Part shown: one piece after another, positions 1 through 8,928 of the stretch
How positions within the stretch are numbered: the first letter of the stretch is position 1
Layout: every line of letters begins with the position of its first letter
Source: Arthrobacter sp.
GTDB lineage: Bacteria; Actinomycetota; Actinomycetes; Actinomycetales; Micrococcaceae
DNA: 64,000 nt
Direction: 5' to 3'
Assembly (NCBI GenBank): GCA_036565085.1
Contig: DATCNU010000027.1
Span: forward strand, 2,846 to 66,845
The notes under the pieces: model-generated
What the model was told of the DNA's origin: nothing
The model's input: the letters and a program-made list of their open reading frames with translations, nothing else
The model's database searches: none
Made by a program: the position numbers and the translations under genes

Positions 1-897
1 GACATAGCCGATCTTGCCCTTGACGGGAGAGGAATCGGCTTCCAGCGAACCGGCGGCCGAGGTTGCGTCGTACCACATCGCAACCTTGCTCTGACTCATG
101 TTGTTCAGGCACTCAGTGAAGCCGGCCTGGGCAGCACCGGCCTCACCGTGTGCGCGGACCAGATCAACGTAGAACTGGGTCGCCGCAGTGAACTCCGGGG
201 CGTTGACCTTCGCGTTCCAGTCCTTGTCGAACCAGGTACCGCCGAAGGTGTTCACCACAGTGGTCAACGGGGCGAAGACCTGGCCCCAGCCCGGCTGGCC
301 GCGAAGGCAGATGCCCTTCATCCCGGGAGCGGCCCCGTCCACCGCCGCAGCAGCCGCAGCCACCTCGTCCCACGTGGGCTTGTCGGAAAGCTTGATGCCC
401 TTGGCCTCGAAAATGTCCTTGCGGTACATCAGGAACGAAGACTCACCATAGAAGGGTTCACCATAGAGCTTGCCGTCCTTGCCGGTCAGGGAAGCCGTGT
501 AGGCGGGCAGGATGTCATTCTGGTTGAAGGCGGCATCCTTCGCCACACCATCCAGCGGCGCCAGCCACCCGTTCGCAGAGTAGAACGGGATCTCGTAGTT
601 GGACAGCGACGCCACATCGTACTGGCCGGCCTGGCTGGAGAACTCCTGGCTGATCTTGGCCCGGACATCGTTCTCCGGCAGAACCGTGTAATTGACCTTG
701 ATCCCGGTGTCCTTCGTGAAGTTATCTGCAGTCAGCTTCTGCAGGTCCTCCATCTGGGGGTTGTTCACCATCAGGACATTGATGCTGTTCTGGTCACCGG
801 CAGAGGTGCCTCCGCCGGCACCCGAACAGGCCGAGGCCGCCAGGGCCAAGGTCAGGGCACCTGCGGCGAGAGTGGCCGCGCGAATTTTCGGGCGCAT
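1..897 (-). CDS. Sugar/polyol (mannitol/sorbitol-type) ABC transporter substrate-binding lipoprotein; runs off the window start
   Basis: Manual translation MRPKIRAATLAAGALTLALAASAC (lipobox) ...INVLMVNNPQMEDLQKL...PFYGESSFLMYRKD...GICLRGQPGWG, typical of SmoE/MtlE-like SBPs; AAGGAG RBS; absent from the ORF track because it is truncated. Confidence 0.85.
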   Translation of the reverse strand, partial: MRPKIRAATLAAGALTLALAASACSGAGGGTSAGDQNSINVLMVNNPQMEDLQKLTADNFTKDTGIKVNYTVLPENDVRAKISQEFSSQAGQYDVASLSNYEIPFYSANGWLAPLDGVAKDAAFNQNDILPAYTASLTGKDGKLYGEPFYGESSFLMYRKDIFEAKGIKLSDKPTWDEVAAAAAAVDGAAPGMKGICLRGQPGWGQVFAPLTTVVNTFGGTWFDKDWNAKVNAPEFTAATQFYVDLVRAHGEAGAAQAGFTECLNNMSQSKVAMWYDATSAAGSLEADSSPVKGKIGYV

Positions 898-1026
898 TAA
901 GGACTCCTTTGTTCTTCAGGGGGATGTACAGCTGCCGCCGACTGCTGCGTCGAAGCGCTGAACTGAACTGCGTGGCACCGACCGGGTTGGGGGACGCGAC
1001 GCGTTGTTGTTCCTCAACATTAGGCG

Positions 1027-1042
1027 TGTGGGCCAGGGCACA
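1027..1042. promoter_or_regulatory. CRP/GlxR-like site upstream of the polyol SBP gene
   Basis: TGTGG-GCCAGG-GCACA versus consensus TGTGA-N6-TCACA. Confidence 0.35.
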
Positions 1043-1170
1043 ACTAGCGCCCTGGTTGCCAATTTCTGATACTAATTTTCCTGTGCCATGCCGGACAATA
1101 GCGCTAGTCTGGGAAAAGGAACACAGTGTGCTGTCCATATTTCATAGACCCCAACGCATGGAGAACAGCC

Positions 1171-2094
1171 ATGAGAGCTGCGGAAACGGGCGGCGGCGCA
1201 GCTGCCCGGCTGGCCGAACGGCTGCTGGGTATGCGCGCGAACCGCGAGGTCATCCCGGAAGATCCAAATCAATCCGTCCGGTGGCACGAGCACGACTATC
1301 CGAGCCCACTTGCCCGCTGGAATTACCACCCTGAATACGAGATCCATCTCATCAGGAAGGGCACCGGGAAGTTTATCGTCGGAGACCATATCGGGACGTT
1401 CGAGGCCGGGCACGTGTCGCTGGTCGGGTCGGGGCTGCCGCACGACTGGGTCAGCGACCTTGAACCCGGAGAGGTGCTGGAGCGCCGCGATGCCGTGATC
1501 CAGTTCGACGGAAAATGGGTCCAGCAAACGGCTTCCGTTGTCCCTGAAATGGCAGAGGTCGAGCCCCTGTTGGAGCAGTCCGCACGCGGGATCGAGTTCC
1601 TCGGACAGTCAGCCCGTATTGCCGCAGCGTCCATTGAGGCGATGGGCGCCTGCTCAGGTTTGGAGCGCCTGCACCACCTCGTGGAACTGTTTGCCATTCT
1701 GACCCGGGCGCCGCAGGAAGAGCGGCGCTACCTCGCGGACGAATGGTTCAGGCCCCAATTGGACGGCCAGGCTGCAGCTGTGGTGGACATCGTCCTGGAG
1801 TATGTCTTCAGCAACCATGCCGGCAGCGTCAAGATGTCCGAGGCAGCTGCCCTGGTGGGTATGCCGGAGCCAACCTTCTCGAAATATTTCAAACGCGCCA
1901 CAGGCCAGAACTTCAGTGATCTGGTGCGGAAACTTCGATTGGCCCACGCGCGCCGGCTGCTGGAGCGCACCGACAAGGCCATCTCCGACATCTGCTACGA
2001 GGTGGGCTTCTCGAACCTGTCCAACTTCAACCGGCACTTCCGCAACGACGCCGGCGAAACCCCGCGCCACTACCGCCAGAGGGTTCAGGGCTGA
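1171..2094 (+). CDS. AraC-family transcriptional regulator (cupin sensor plus double HTH)
   Basis: WNYHPEYEIHL cupin motif; C-terminal ICYEVGFSNLSNFNRHFR; GGAGA RBS before ATG 1171; divergent from the SBP gene. Confidence 0.9.
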   Translation: MRAAETGGGAAARLAERLLGMRANREVIPEDPNQSVRWHEHDYPSPLARWNYHPEYEIHLIRKGTGKFIVGDHIGTFEAGHVSLVGSGLPHDWVSDLEPGEVLERRDAVIQFDGKWVQQTASVVPEMAEVEPLLEQSARGIEFLGQSARIAAASIEAMGACSGLERLHHLVELFAILTRAPQEERRYLADEWFRPQLDGQAAAVVDIVLEYVFSNHAGSVKMSEAAALVGMPEPTFSKYFKRATGQNFSDLVRKLRLAHARRLLERTDKAISDICYEVGFSNLSNFNRHFRNDAGETPRHYRQRVQG

Positions 2095-2129
2095 ACATCC
2101 GCAACGGACGCACGACGGACTGTCAGCCC

Positions 2130-4472
2130 TTAGCCGCGGGCGCGTACTACGGGCAGGCTCGCCGTCGGGGGTCCGTTCGGGAAGACAGTGGTTTCCGGAA
2201 CATGCACCGGTTCCAGGTCCACCCGTACCGGGGCGGCGCCCACACTGAAGAGCTGCCCGCGGACGTCCACATCCAATGGTTCGCCGTTTCGGACGCTGAG
2301 GGAGATGGATCCCGCGTCGAGTTCCACCAGCAGAAGCCGGCCCTGGATCTTGAGGTGGAAGGACAGCCCGTCCCATTCGGACGGCAGCCGCGGGTCGAAG
2401 AAGGGCACCGCGCCCTGGTCGCGGAGGCCCGCGAAACCGCAGACCAGTGAGCTCCACACCCCGCCGGTGGAGGCGATGTGGACGCCATCGATGGTATTCC
2501 CGTGGGTGTCATCCAGGTCGATGAACACTGCGTTGGTGAAGTGCTCCAGCGCCGCCTTCGGATAGCCCACCTCGGCCGCCATGATCCCCTGCACGCAGGC
2601 GGACAGGGTGGAGTCGCCCGTGGTGATGGGGTCGTAGAAATCAAAGGCCCGGTGCTTCTCGTCGGCCGTGAAGTCCTGCCATTGCAGGAACATGGCCAGC
2701 ACGGTGTCGGCCTGCTTCAGCACCTGGTGGCGGTAGATCACCAGCGGGTGGAAGTGCAGCAGCAGCGGATATTTGGACCGGGGAGTGGTCCAGTCCCAGG
2801 CCTCCAGCGTCATGAAGTCGTTGTCCTGTGAATGCACCTGCATGCGCTCATCGAAGGGCAGCTGCATCCGGGAGGCTGCGGCTTCCCAGGACTGCCGTTC
2901 GGTGTCGCTTATTTCGGCGTGGTCCAGGGCGGCGGCGGCGCGAAGATTGAAGCGGGCCATCACGTTCGTGTACAGGTTGTCGTTGACTACGGCCGTGTAT
3001 TCGTCCGGTCCCGTGACGCCATGGATGTGGAAGAGCCCGTCCTTGCCGAAGAAGCCGAGCGAGATCCACATCCGGGCGGTTTCGATGAGCAGATCGGCCC
3101 CCATACCCTCGCGGAAGGCCGTATCACCCGAGGCCCATAAGTACCTGTTGGTGGCGAATGCGATGGCGGCGGCGATGTGGAACTGGGCGGTGCCGGCAGC
3201 GTAGTAGGCACTCGCTTCCAGCCCGTTGATGGTGCGCCACGGGAACAGCGCGCCGTCCACGCTGAGGTCCTTGGCCCGGATCTTGGCCGAGGGAAGCATA
3301 TCGTGGCGGAACTCCAGCACCTGGCGGGCGGCGTCGGGGTTCGTGTAGGTCAGGTAGGGCAGAAGGTAGACCTCCTGATCCCAGAAATAGTGGCCTTCAT
3401 AGCCCGAGCCTGTAACCCCCTTGGCAGGGATGCCGGCAACATCCGCCCGGGCTGTTGCCTGGGCCAGTTGGAACAGGTTCCATCTGATGGCCTGCTGCAG
3501 TCCGGGCTGGCCGCCCACCACTATGTCCGATGTGGCCCAGTAGTCGCGGAAGTGCGCTTCACTTTCGGCGAAGACGTCCTGGACGGGACGGAGTCCGGCT
3601 TCGGCGGCTTCCGCCGCGTCCTGGCCTGAGTCCTGGACGCCGCGGCCGGCGGCGTAGCTGACGCTCTTTTCCAGCCGGAAGGGCTCGTCTGCCCCGACGG
3701 CCAGGACGAACCGGACGCTGCTGTCATCCTGGTCCACCAGGGTGTCGAACGGCTGGACCGCCGCCGACGTCCAATGGTCCACGGCAAGTCCCACCCGCTG
3801 CCTGGATTCCGCTGCTTCCCAGGAGAGGCGGAGCGAGCCGTCGCCGCCGTCCAGCCGAAGCGGGAGGAGGACGCGGCCGGCGTGCCGGCCGGCCCGGCGG
3901 GGATCGTGCGCCGAGTGGTCCTCGACTGGCTGGTCCTGGCGGTTGATGATGGAGGACGTGACGTCGGCGGAGACTTCCCGGTCCGCCGACAGTTCCAGGG
4001 AAATACCCAGGCTTCCGCGTGAAACGAAGCCGACGGCGCGGCGCTCGGTGGTGGTCACCGTGGCCCCGGAGCGGCATAGCCATGTGATCCGGCTTTCGTA
4101 GATTCCCGTCGAGAAGTCAACGGAGCGACGGTAATCGAGCACGGCGGATTCCGCCAGGCTGAGCGTCTCTCCGTCGATGACTACCGTGAAGTTGTTCGCA
4201 TCCGGGACATAGATGATCCGCTGGCCGGTTCGGGCGAAGCCGAACGCGTTCTCTGCGTGCTTGATGTCCCAGATTTCGTGCAGGCCGTTGATGAAGCTGC
4301 CCGGCAGGTCTGCGTCTGCGGCCGCCCAGTGCGCGCCGCGGATGCCCAGATGCCCGTTGCCCAGGGCGAAAAGGGTTTCCAGGGTGCCGGCGTTGCCGGG
4401 CTCGTGGCGCGTTTCCACGAGTTGCCACGGGGTGTCGGGGAACCGTTCGCGGTCCGCAGTGATAATTGCCAT
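2130..4472 (-). CDS. Glycoside hydrolase family 65 (trehalose/kojibiose/maltose phosphorylase-like)
   Basis: ETLFALGNGHLGIRG, KGVTGSGYEGHYFWD, GPDEY catalytic motif, KQAD. Confidence 0.92.
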   Translation of the reverse strand: MAIITADRERFPDTPWQLVETRHEPGNAGTLETLFALGNGHLGIRGAHWAAADADLPGSFINGLHEIWDIKHAENAFGFARTGQRIIYVPDANNFTVVIDGETLSLAESAVLDYRRSVDFSTGIYESRITWLCRSGATVTTTERRAVGFVSRGSLGISLELSADREVSADVTSSIINRQDQPVEDHSAHDPRRAGRHAGRVLLPLRLDGGDGSLRLSWEAAESRQRVGLAVDHWTSAAVQPFDTLVDQDDSSVRFVLAVGADEPFRLEKSVSYAAGRGVQDSGQDAAEAAEAGLRPVQDVFAESEAHFRDYWATSDIVVGGQPGLQQAIRWNLFQLAQATARADVAGIPAKGVTGSGYEGHYFWDQEVYLLPYLTYTNPDAARQVLEFRHDMLPSAKIRAKDLSVDGALFPWRTINGLEASAYYAAGTAQFHIAAAIAFATNRYLWASGDTAFREGMGADLLIETARMWISLGFFGKDGLFHIHGVTGPDEYTAVVNDNLYTNVMARFNLRAAAALDHAEISDTERQSWEAAASRMQLPFDERMQVHSQDNDFMTLEAWDWTTPRSKYPLLLHFHPLVIYRHQVLKQADTVLAMFLQWQDFTADEKHRAFDFYDPITTGDSTLSACVQGIMAAEVGYPKAALEHFTNAVFIDLDDTHGNTIDGVHIASTGGVWSSLVCGFAGLRDQGAVPFFDPRLPSEWDGLSFHLKIQGRLLLVELDAGSISLSVRNGEPLDVDVRGQLFSVGAAPVRVDLEPVHVPETTVFPNGPPTASLPVVRARG

Positions 4473-4592
4473 GGTGTTGGGGTCCTTAGGCGTTGTGCTG
4501 TTCAGCCGTGGGTAGGCGGCCGGATGGTGGGGCTGGGTGAAACCTGGGGTAACTGGCGGGCGGATTAAGCGGACAGCCGGGGAAAGCTGGTG

Positions 4593-5327
4593 CTAGAGGA
4601 GTTCCTGGAGATCGTTGACCACCAGGGTGGCTCCGGCATCCAGCAGGGTCTGCCTGCCGGCGCCGCGGTCCACGCCGATCACGGAGTGGAACTGCCCTGA
4701 ATGTCCGGCCTGGACCCCGGATACGGCGTCCTCGACGACGACGCATTCCTCCGTGGGCAGGCCCAGGAGCTGCGCCGCGTAGTCGTAGGTGGCCGGGCTG
4801 GGTTTGCCGGGCAGGCCTTCCGCCGCCGCCACCACGCCGTCCACCACCACCGGGAAATGACTGCTCAGGCCGGCGGCTTTGAGTACCGCCGGAGCGTTCC
4901 GGGATGAGGAGACGACGGCGACCTTCAGCCCCCGCTCCAGCGCAGCTTCGAGGAACCGCACCGAGCCCTCGAACGGCTCGACGCCGGCGCTCACGATGTC
5001 ATTGAAGATACGGTTTTTCCGGTTGCCGAGTCCCTGGACCGTGGTGTTGGCTGGATCGTCGTCGATGGGCCCCTCGGTGAGGACGATGCCGCGGGACGCC
5101 AGGAAGTCCCGGACGCCGTCGAACCGGGGCTTGCCGTCGATGTGGTCGAAGTAGTCGCTTTCGCGGTAGCCGGCCGCCCCGGGCCGTGATGCCAGGTAGC
5201 CGTCGAAGAGTTCCTGCCACGCCCGCTCGTGGACGGTAGCCGTTGGGGTCAGCACTCCGTCCAAGTCAAAAAGGATGGCGGAGGCGCCGTTCCAGAAGGT
5301 GCTGCCAGTTTCCAGAAGGTCAGTCAT
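4593..5327 (-). CDS. HAD hydrolase, beta-phosphoglucomutase family
   Basis: FDLDGVLT motif I, SSSRNA, GKPSP, VEDAVSGVQAG; co-oriented upstream of GH65. Confidence 0.88.
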   Translation of the reverse strand: MTDLLETGSTFWNGASAILFDLDGVLTPTATVHERAWQELFDGYLASRPGAAGYRESDYFDHIDGKPRFDGVRDFLASRGIVLTEGPIDDDPANTTVQGLGNRKNRIFNDIVSAGVEPFEGSVRFLEAALERGLKVAVVSSSRNAPAVLKAAGLSSHFPVVVDGVVAAAEGLPGKPSPATYDYAAQLLGLPTEECVVVEDAVSGVQAGHSGQFHSVIGVDRGAGRQTLLDAGATLVVNDLQELL

Positions 5328-5634
5328 AAGCGGTTCGTGTCCTTTCAGACGTGGGCAGCCTCAGGGGGAGGAGTGCATGGGGTGGCGGCTACGGCGTCCG
5401 CAGGATCAGCAAGCGCGGGGCGGGCGTGGGCTGAAGTCTCCGTGGGCTGAACTCCCATGGCATGCCGGCGGGCTGCTGATGAAGGGCTTCCTCCATGATG
5501 GGCGCGTTCCCGCGCCCTGACAAGCCGGGCAAACGGGAGTGGTGGCGCTGCGCCGGCAGGAACGTGGAACCTGTACACGCTTCCGCTTTCCTTTCCGCAC
5601 AGTTCAAGCTCCGGTGGACCCGGCCGAAGTCGAG

Positions 5635-5648
5635 TGTAAGCGTTTACA
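5635..5648. promoter_or_regulatory. LacI-type operator upstream of the HAD-GH65 operon
   Basis: Near-palindrome TGTAAGCGTTTACA with central CG. Confidence 0.55.
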
Positions 5649-5770
5649 AATTTGACGCGCAACTGTTTTTTCCAGCTGCCGAAGTGTGACGCAAACCTCA
5701 GCCTCGACCGCCTGTTGGGCAACTGGCCATGGAGGGGCAGTACCGTCGGAAGAAAATCGTGAATGGGGCT

Positions 5771-6388
5771 TCAGCCCAGGACGTAGTGGCGGAGGAAGGC
5801 GCTCACGTCCACCATTTCCGCCTTGCACATGGCGTGGCCCATGCCGGGGTAGGTCCTGGCCGTGAGCTGGGTGTTGGCACTGAGCCACTCCGCTGTGTAC
5901 TCGGTGGCGTCCTCGTTGATAATCAGGTCAGCCTTGTCCCGCCCCCAAAAGAAAGGCGGCCGGGCCTCAAAGGACTCACTCATCGACAAGAGCTCGTTGT
6001 TCAGCACGAAGCCCGACAATCCCACTGTCGCTGCATAATCCTTGGGGTGGAGGCGTAACAGCGTGCTGGCCATGGCCATCCCCTGTGAGTATCCGAATAG
6101 GCTCACGCTGCTGTGCCTCCCCTTGACGGAGCTGATCCAGGCATGCACGGCGTTGGTGGCGGTGATGACGTCCGCGAAATCATTGGCCAGGAAATAGTCG
6201 AGCAGGAACCAGCCGTAATGGTCTCCGATCACCATGGGTCCCCGCACTGCCGCGCACGTAAACTCAGGCGGCAGGTGGTCAAACAGCCGCACCATCCGGG
6301 ATTCGTCTGTGCCGTAGCCGTGCATCATGACCAGCAGGGGCGTGCCGGCCCGCCGGTCCTCGGGTTTAGACCAGACCACGGTTTCCAT
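5771..6388 (-). CDS. Alpha/beta hydrolase (phospholipase/carboxylesterase), probably leaderless
   Basis: MHGYG, GYSQG nucleophile elbow, YPGMGH; TAGGCT 6 nt before ATG. Confidence 0.85.
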   Translation of the reverse strand: METVVWSKPEDRRAGTPLLVMMHGYGTDESRMVRLFDHLPPEFTCAAVRGPMVIGDHYGWFLLDYFLANDFADVITATNAVHAWISSVKGRHSSVSLFGYSQGMAMASTLLRLHPKDYAATVGLSGFVLNNELLSMSESFEARPPFFWGRDKADLIINEDATEYTAEWLSANTQLTARTYPGMGHAMCKAEMVDVSAFLRHYVLG

Positions 6389-6580
6389 TGCAACAGCCTA
6401 GCCAGACCCCAGCCGTCCGGCAGCCTCCTGCTGCACGGCGGCCCGGGAATTGGGGCAGAAGTTGTACGCGGCGCTGTGACGCGTGATGTAGATTGACATT
6501 AGACAGCATGCTTACCAAGCCGTCCCGGGAGCGTCGCTGTTACAACAGATCGGGCAGTCCGCACACACTAGGAGCAAGTC

Positions 6581-6838
6581 ATGAGAATCGGTTCCTCCAT
6601 TTTCCTCATCGCACTCGGCGCCATCCTGGCGTGGGCAATCACCCCGGGATTGATTCCCTATGTGGACCAGACGATGATCGGCTACATCCTCATGGCCGTC
6701 GGTGTCATCGGCCTCATCGCCTCTCTCATCCTTGCCTCGCCGGGACGCAGCCGCCGGGTCAGCGAAACCCGCTCGGTCATGGATCCCAACACAGGTGAAC
6801 GGATCACCCGGAACGAAAGCACCGACGGCGGGCTCTAG
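6581..6838 (+). CDS. Small two-TM membrane protein (DUF6458-like)
   Basis: MRIGSSIFLIALGAILAWA...IGYILMAVG; AGGAG RBS. Confidence 0.8.
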   Translation: MRIGSSIFLIALGAILAWAITPGLIPYVDQTMIGYILMAVGVIGLIASLILASPGRSRRVSETRSVMDPNTGERITRNESTDGGL

Positions 6839-6874
6839 CCGGCGGACCACGGAAATACCAACGCATGCATTCCC

Positions 6875-6913
6875 GGAGGCCGGGCCAGACCAGTGCGGTC
6901 CGGCCCGGCCTCC
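6875..6913 (+). terminator. GC-rich hairpin after the small membrane protein gene
   Basis: GGAGGCCGGGCC...GGCCCGGCCTCC inverted repeat. Confidence 0.55.
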
Positions 6914-7017
6914 GCATTCCCGGCAGGTTTTATCCACATCCCGTGACTTGGCCGGCCCGAAGCCCCTTCAGGTGGACAAAAACTCCGGAAGTCGATCTGC
7001 GTTCCTGTTGTTTTCCG

Positions 7018-7080
7018 TTGACAAACCAACATGAACAAAGATAAAGTCAAGGAAGTCAACATCATGTGATGCTAGTCACG
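7018..7080 (+). promoter_or_regulatory. fru promoter: -35 TTGACA, candidate FruR direct repeats and a CRP/GlxR site
   Basis: TTGACA 7018-7023; AAACCAAC/GAACAAAG/AAGTCAAG/AAGTCAAC at about 10-bp period; TGTGA-TGCTAG-TCACG 7065-7080. Confidence 0.5.
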
Positions 7081-7115
7081 GATGGTTTTCCAGACACCTA
7101 CGCAATGGAGGGTTT

Positions 7116-7922
7116 GTGTTCGCCGAGGAGCGCCAACAGCAGATTGCCGAGCTTGTAGCCGGCACCGGCCGGGTCAGTGTGAACCTGCTCGCCGAGCGCT
7201 TCCGCATCACCACCGAAACCGTCCGCCGCGACCTCGCCACGCTCGAATCAGCCGGTACCGTCCGCCGGGTCCATGGCGGCGCCGTTGCTGCGGACCGCTT
7301 CAGCACCACCGAGGAAAGCATCAACGAACGGGCCATCCAGCACCCGGAGCAGAAAAAGCGCATCGCACAGGCCGCCTTGGCCCTCATCCCGCAGGGCTCA
7401 CCGGGCAGTGTCCTCATCGACGCCGGCTCCACTACCGAAGTCCTCGCCGACCTGCTCGCCCGCCGCGCTGCCGCCGAACCTGCCGGTTCAGCCGACGCCG
7501 AAACGGAGCTCGTGGTGATCACCCATGCGATCCCCATCGCCGGCAAGCTTTCCAGCACCCCCGGCATCGCCCTCCAGATCCTGGGCGGCCGTGTCCGTGG
7601 ACTGACCCAGGCGGCCGTAGGGCAGGCGACAGTGGGGGCAGCCCACCGCATACGCCCGGACATTGCCTTCATCGGCACCAACGGCATCCACGCACGTTTT
7701 GGCCTCAGTACGCCCGATCCTGAAGAAGCCGCCGTCAAGGCAGCCTTCGTCCATTCGGCGCGCCGCATTGTGGTGCTGGCCGATTCCTCCAAGCTGGACG
7801 CGGAAACCCTGGTCCAGTTCGCCTCCCTGAAAGATTTGGACACCTTGATAACAGACAGCGAACCCAGCCCCGAACTTGCGGCCGCCCTGGCGGAGGCCGG
7901 CGTCGACGTGGTGATCGCATGA
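7116..7922 (+). CDS. fruR: DeoR/GlpR-family fructose operon repressor
   Basis: ETVRRDL HTH, RVHGGA, IDAGSTT, DSSK; first gene of the fru operon. Confidence 0.9.
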   Translation: MFAEERQQQIAELVAGTGRVSVNLLAERFRITTETVRRDLATLESAGTVRRVHGGAVAADRFSTTEESINERAIQHPEQKKRIAQAALALIPQGSPGSVLIDAGSTTEVLADLLARRAAAEPAGSADAETELVVITHAIPIAGKLSSTPGIALQILGGRVRGLTQAAVGQATVGAAHRIRPDIAFIGTNGIHARFGLSTPDPEEAAVKAAFVHSARRIVVLADSSKLDAETLVQFASLKDLDTLITDSEPSPELAAALAEAGVDVVIA

Positions 7923-8926
7923 TCGTTACGCTTACCGCCAATCCCAGCCTGGACCGCACCGTTGCCCTGCCCGGCCCCCTCGAACGGGGCGAAGTGCAGC
8001 GCGCCGTTTCGGTGAACCAGGAGTCCGGGGGCAAGGGCGTCAACGTGTCCCGTGCCCTGGTGGCCTCCGGCCTGGAAACCCTCGCCGTGCTCCCAGGGGC
8101 TGACAGCGATCCCGTTCTGGCAGGACTGCGCGACAGCAAAGTCCCGTTCGCCTCGCTGGCCATCGGCGAGCCGCTGCGCACCAACGTGGCCCTCACCGAG
8201 CCGGGCGGCGTCACCACCAAAATCAATGAACCCGGGCCGCTCCTAAACGAAGAACAGCAGGAAGCCCTGATCGAGTTGCTGCTGGAACGCTCGCGCGGTG
8301 CCAGCTGGGTAGTCCTGGCAGGCTCGCTGCCTCCCGGCTTCCCGGCCGACTTCTACGCCGTCGTCACCCGGCGGCTGCGCAGCGCCGCGAATGCAGGAAC
8401 CGACGGCGGCACCCCGCTGATCGCCGTCGACTCCTCCGGCGAACCCCTGGCCTCGGCTATCTCCGGGGCCCCGTCGGACGGCGTGTCCGGGAAACCGGAC
8501 CTCCTCAAACCCAACGCCGAAGAACTTGCGGAACTGGCAGCTGCAGCCGGATTCGCACAGGTGTCCACCGCTGACGAACTTGAAGCGGATCCGGAGGCTG
8601 CCGCGGCAGCTGCCGCCGCCGTCGTGCGTTCCGGTGTGGGTGCTGTACTGGCAACTCTCGGATCCAAGGGAGCTGTTCTGGTAACGGCCGACGGCGCGTG
8701 GCTGGCCACGCATCCGCCGGTCGCCGCGGTCAGTACTGTCGGTGCGGGCGATTCCGCGCTTGCCGGCTACCTGCTCGCCCACGGCCAGGGCGCCGCCCCG
8801 GCCGATTGCCTCCGCCAGGCTGTGGCACACGGTGCCGCCGCCGCCTCCCTGCCGGGCTCCACCGTCCCGGCAGTCCACCAAACCACCCCGGAAGCCGTAA
8901 CCATCACGGCCCTTCGAAAGGATTGA
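7919..8926 (+). CDS. fruK: 1-phosphofructokinase (PfkB family)
   Basis: MIVTLTANPSLD, GGKGVNVS, KPNAEEL, STVGAGD; ATGA overlap with fruR. Confidence 0.92.
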   Translation: MIVTLTANPSLDRTVALPGPLERGEVQRAVSVNQESGGKGVNVSRALVASGLETLAVLPGADSDPVLAGLRDSKVPFASLAIGEPLRTNVALTEPGGVTTKINEPGPLLNEEQQEALIELLLERSRGASWVVLAGSLPPGFPADFYAVVTRRLRSAANAGTDGGTPLIAVDSSGEPLASAISGAPSDGVSGKPDLLKPNAEELAELAAAAGFAQVSTADELEADPEAAAAAAAAVVRSGVGAVLATLGSKGAVLVTADGAWLATHPPVAAVSTVGAGDSALAGYLLAHGQGAAPADCLRQAVAHGAAAASLPGSTVPAVHQTTPEAVTITALRKD

Positions 8927-8928
8927 CA

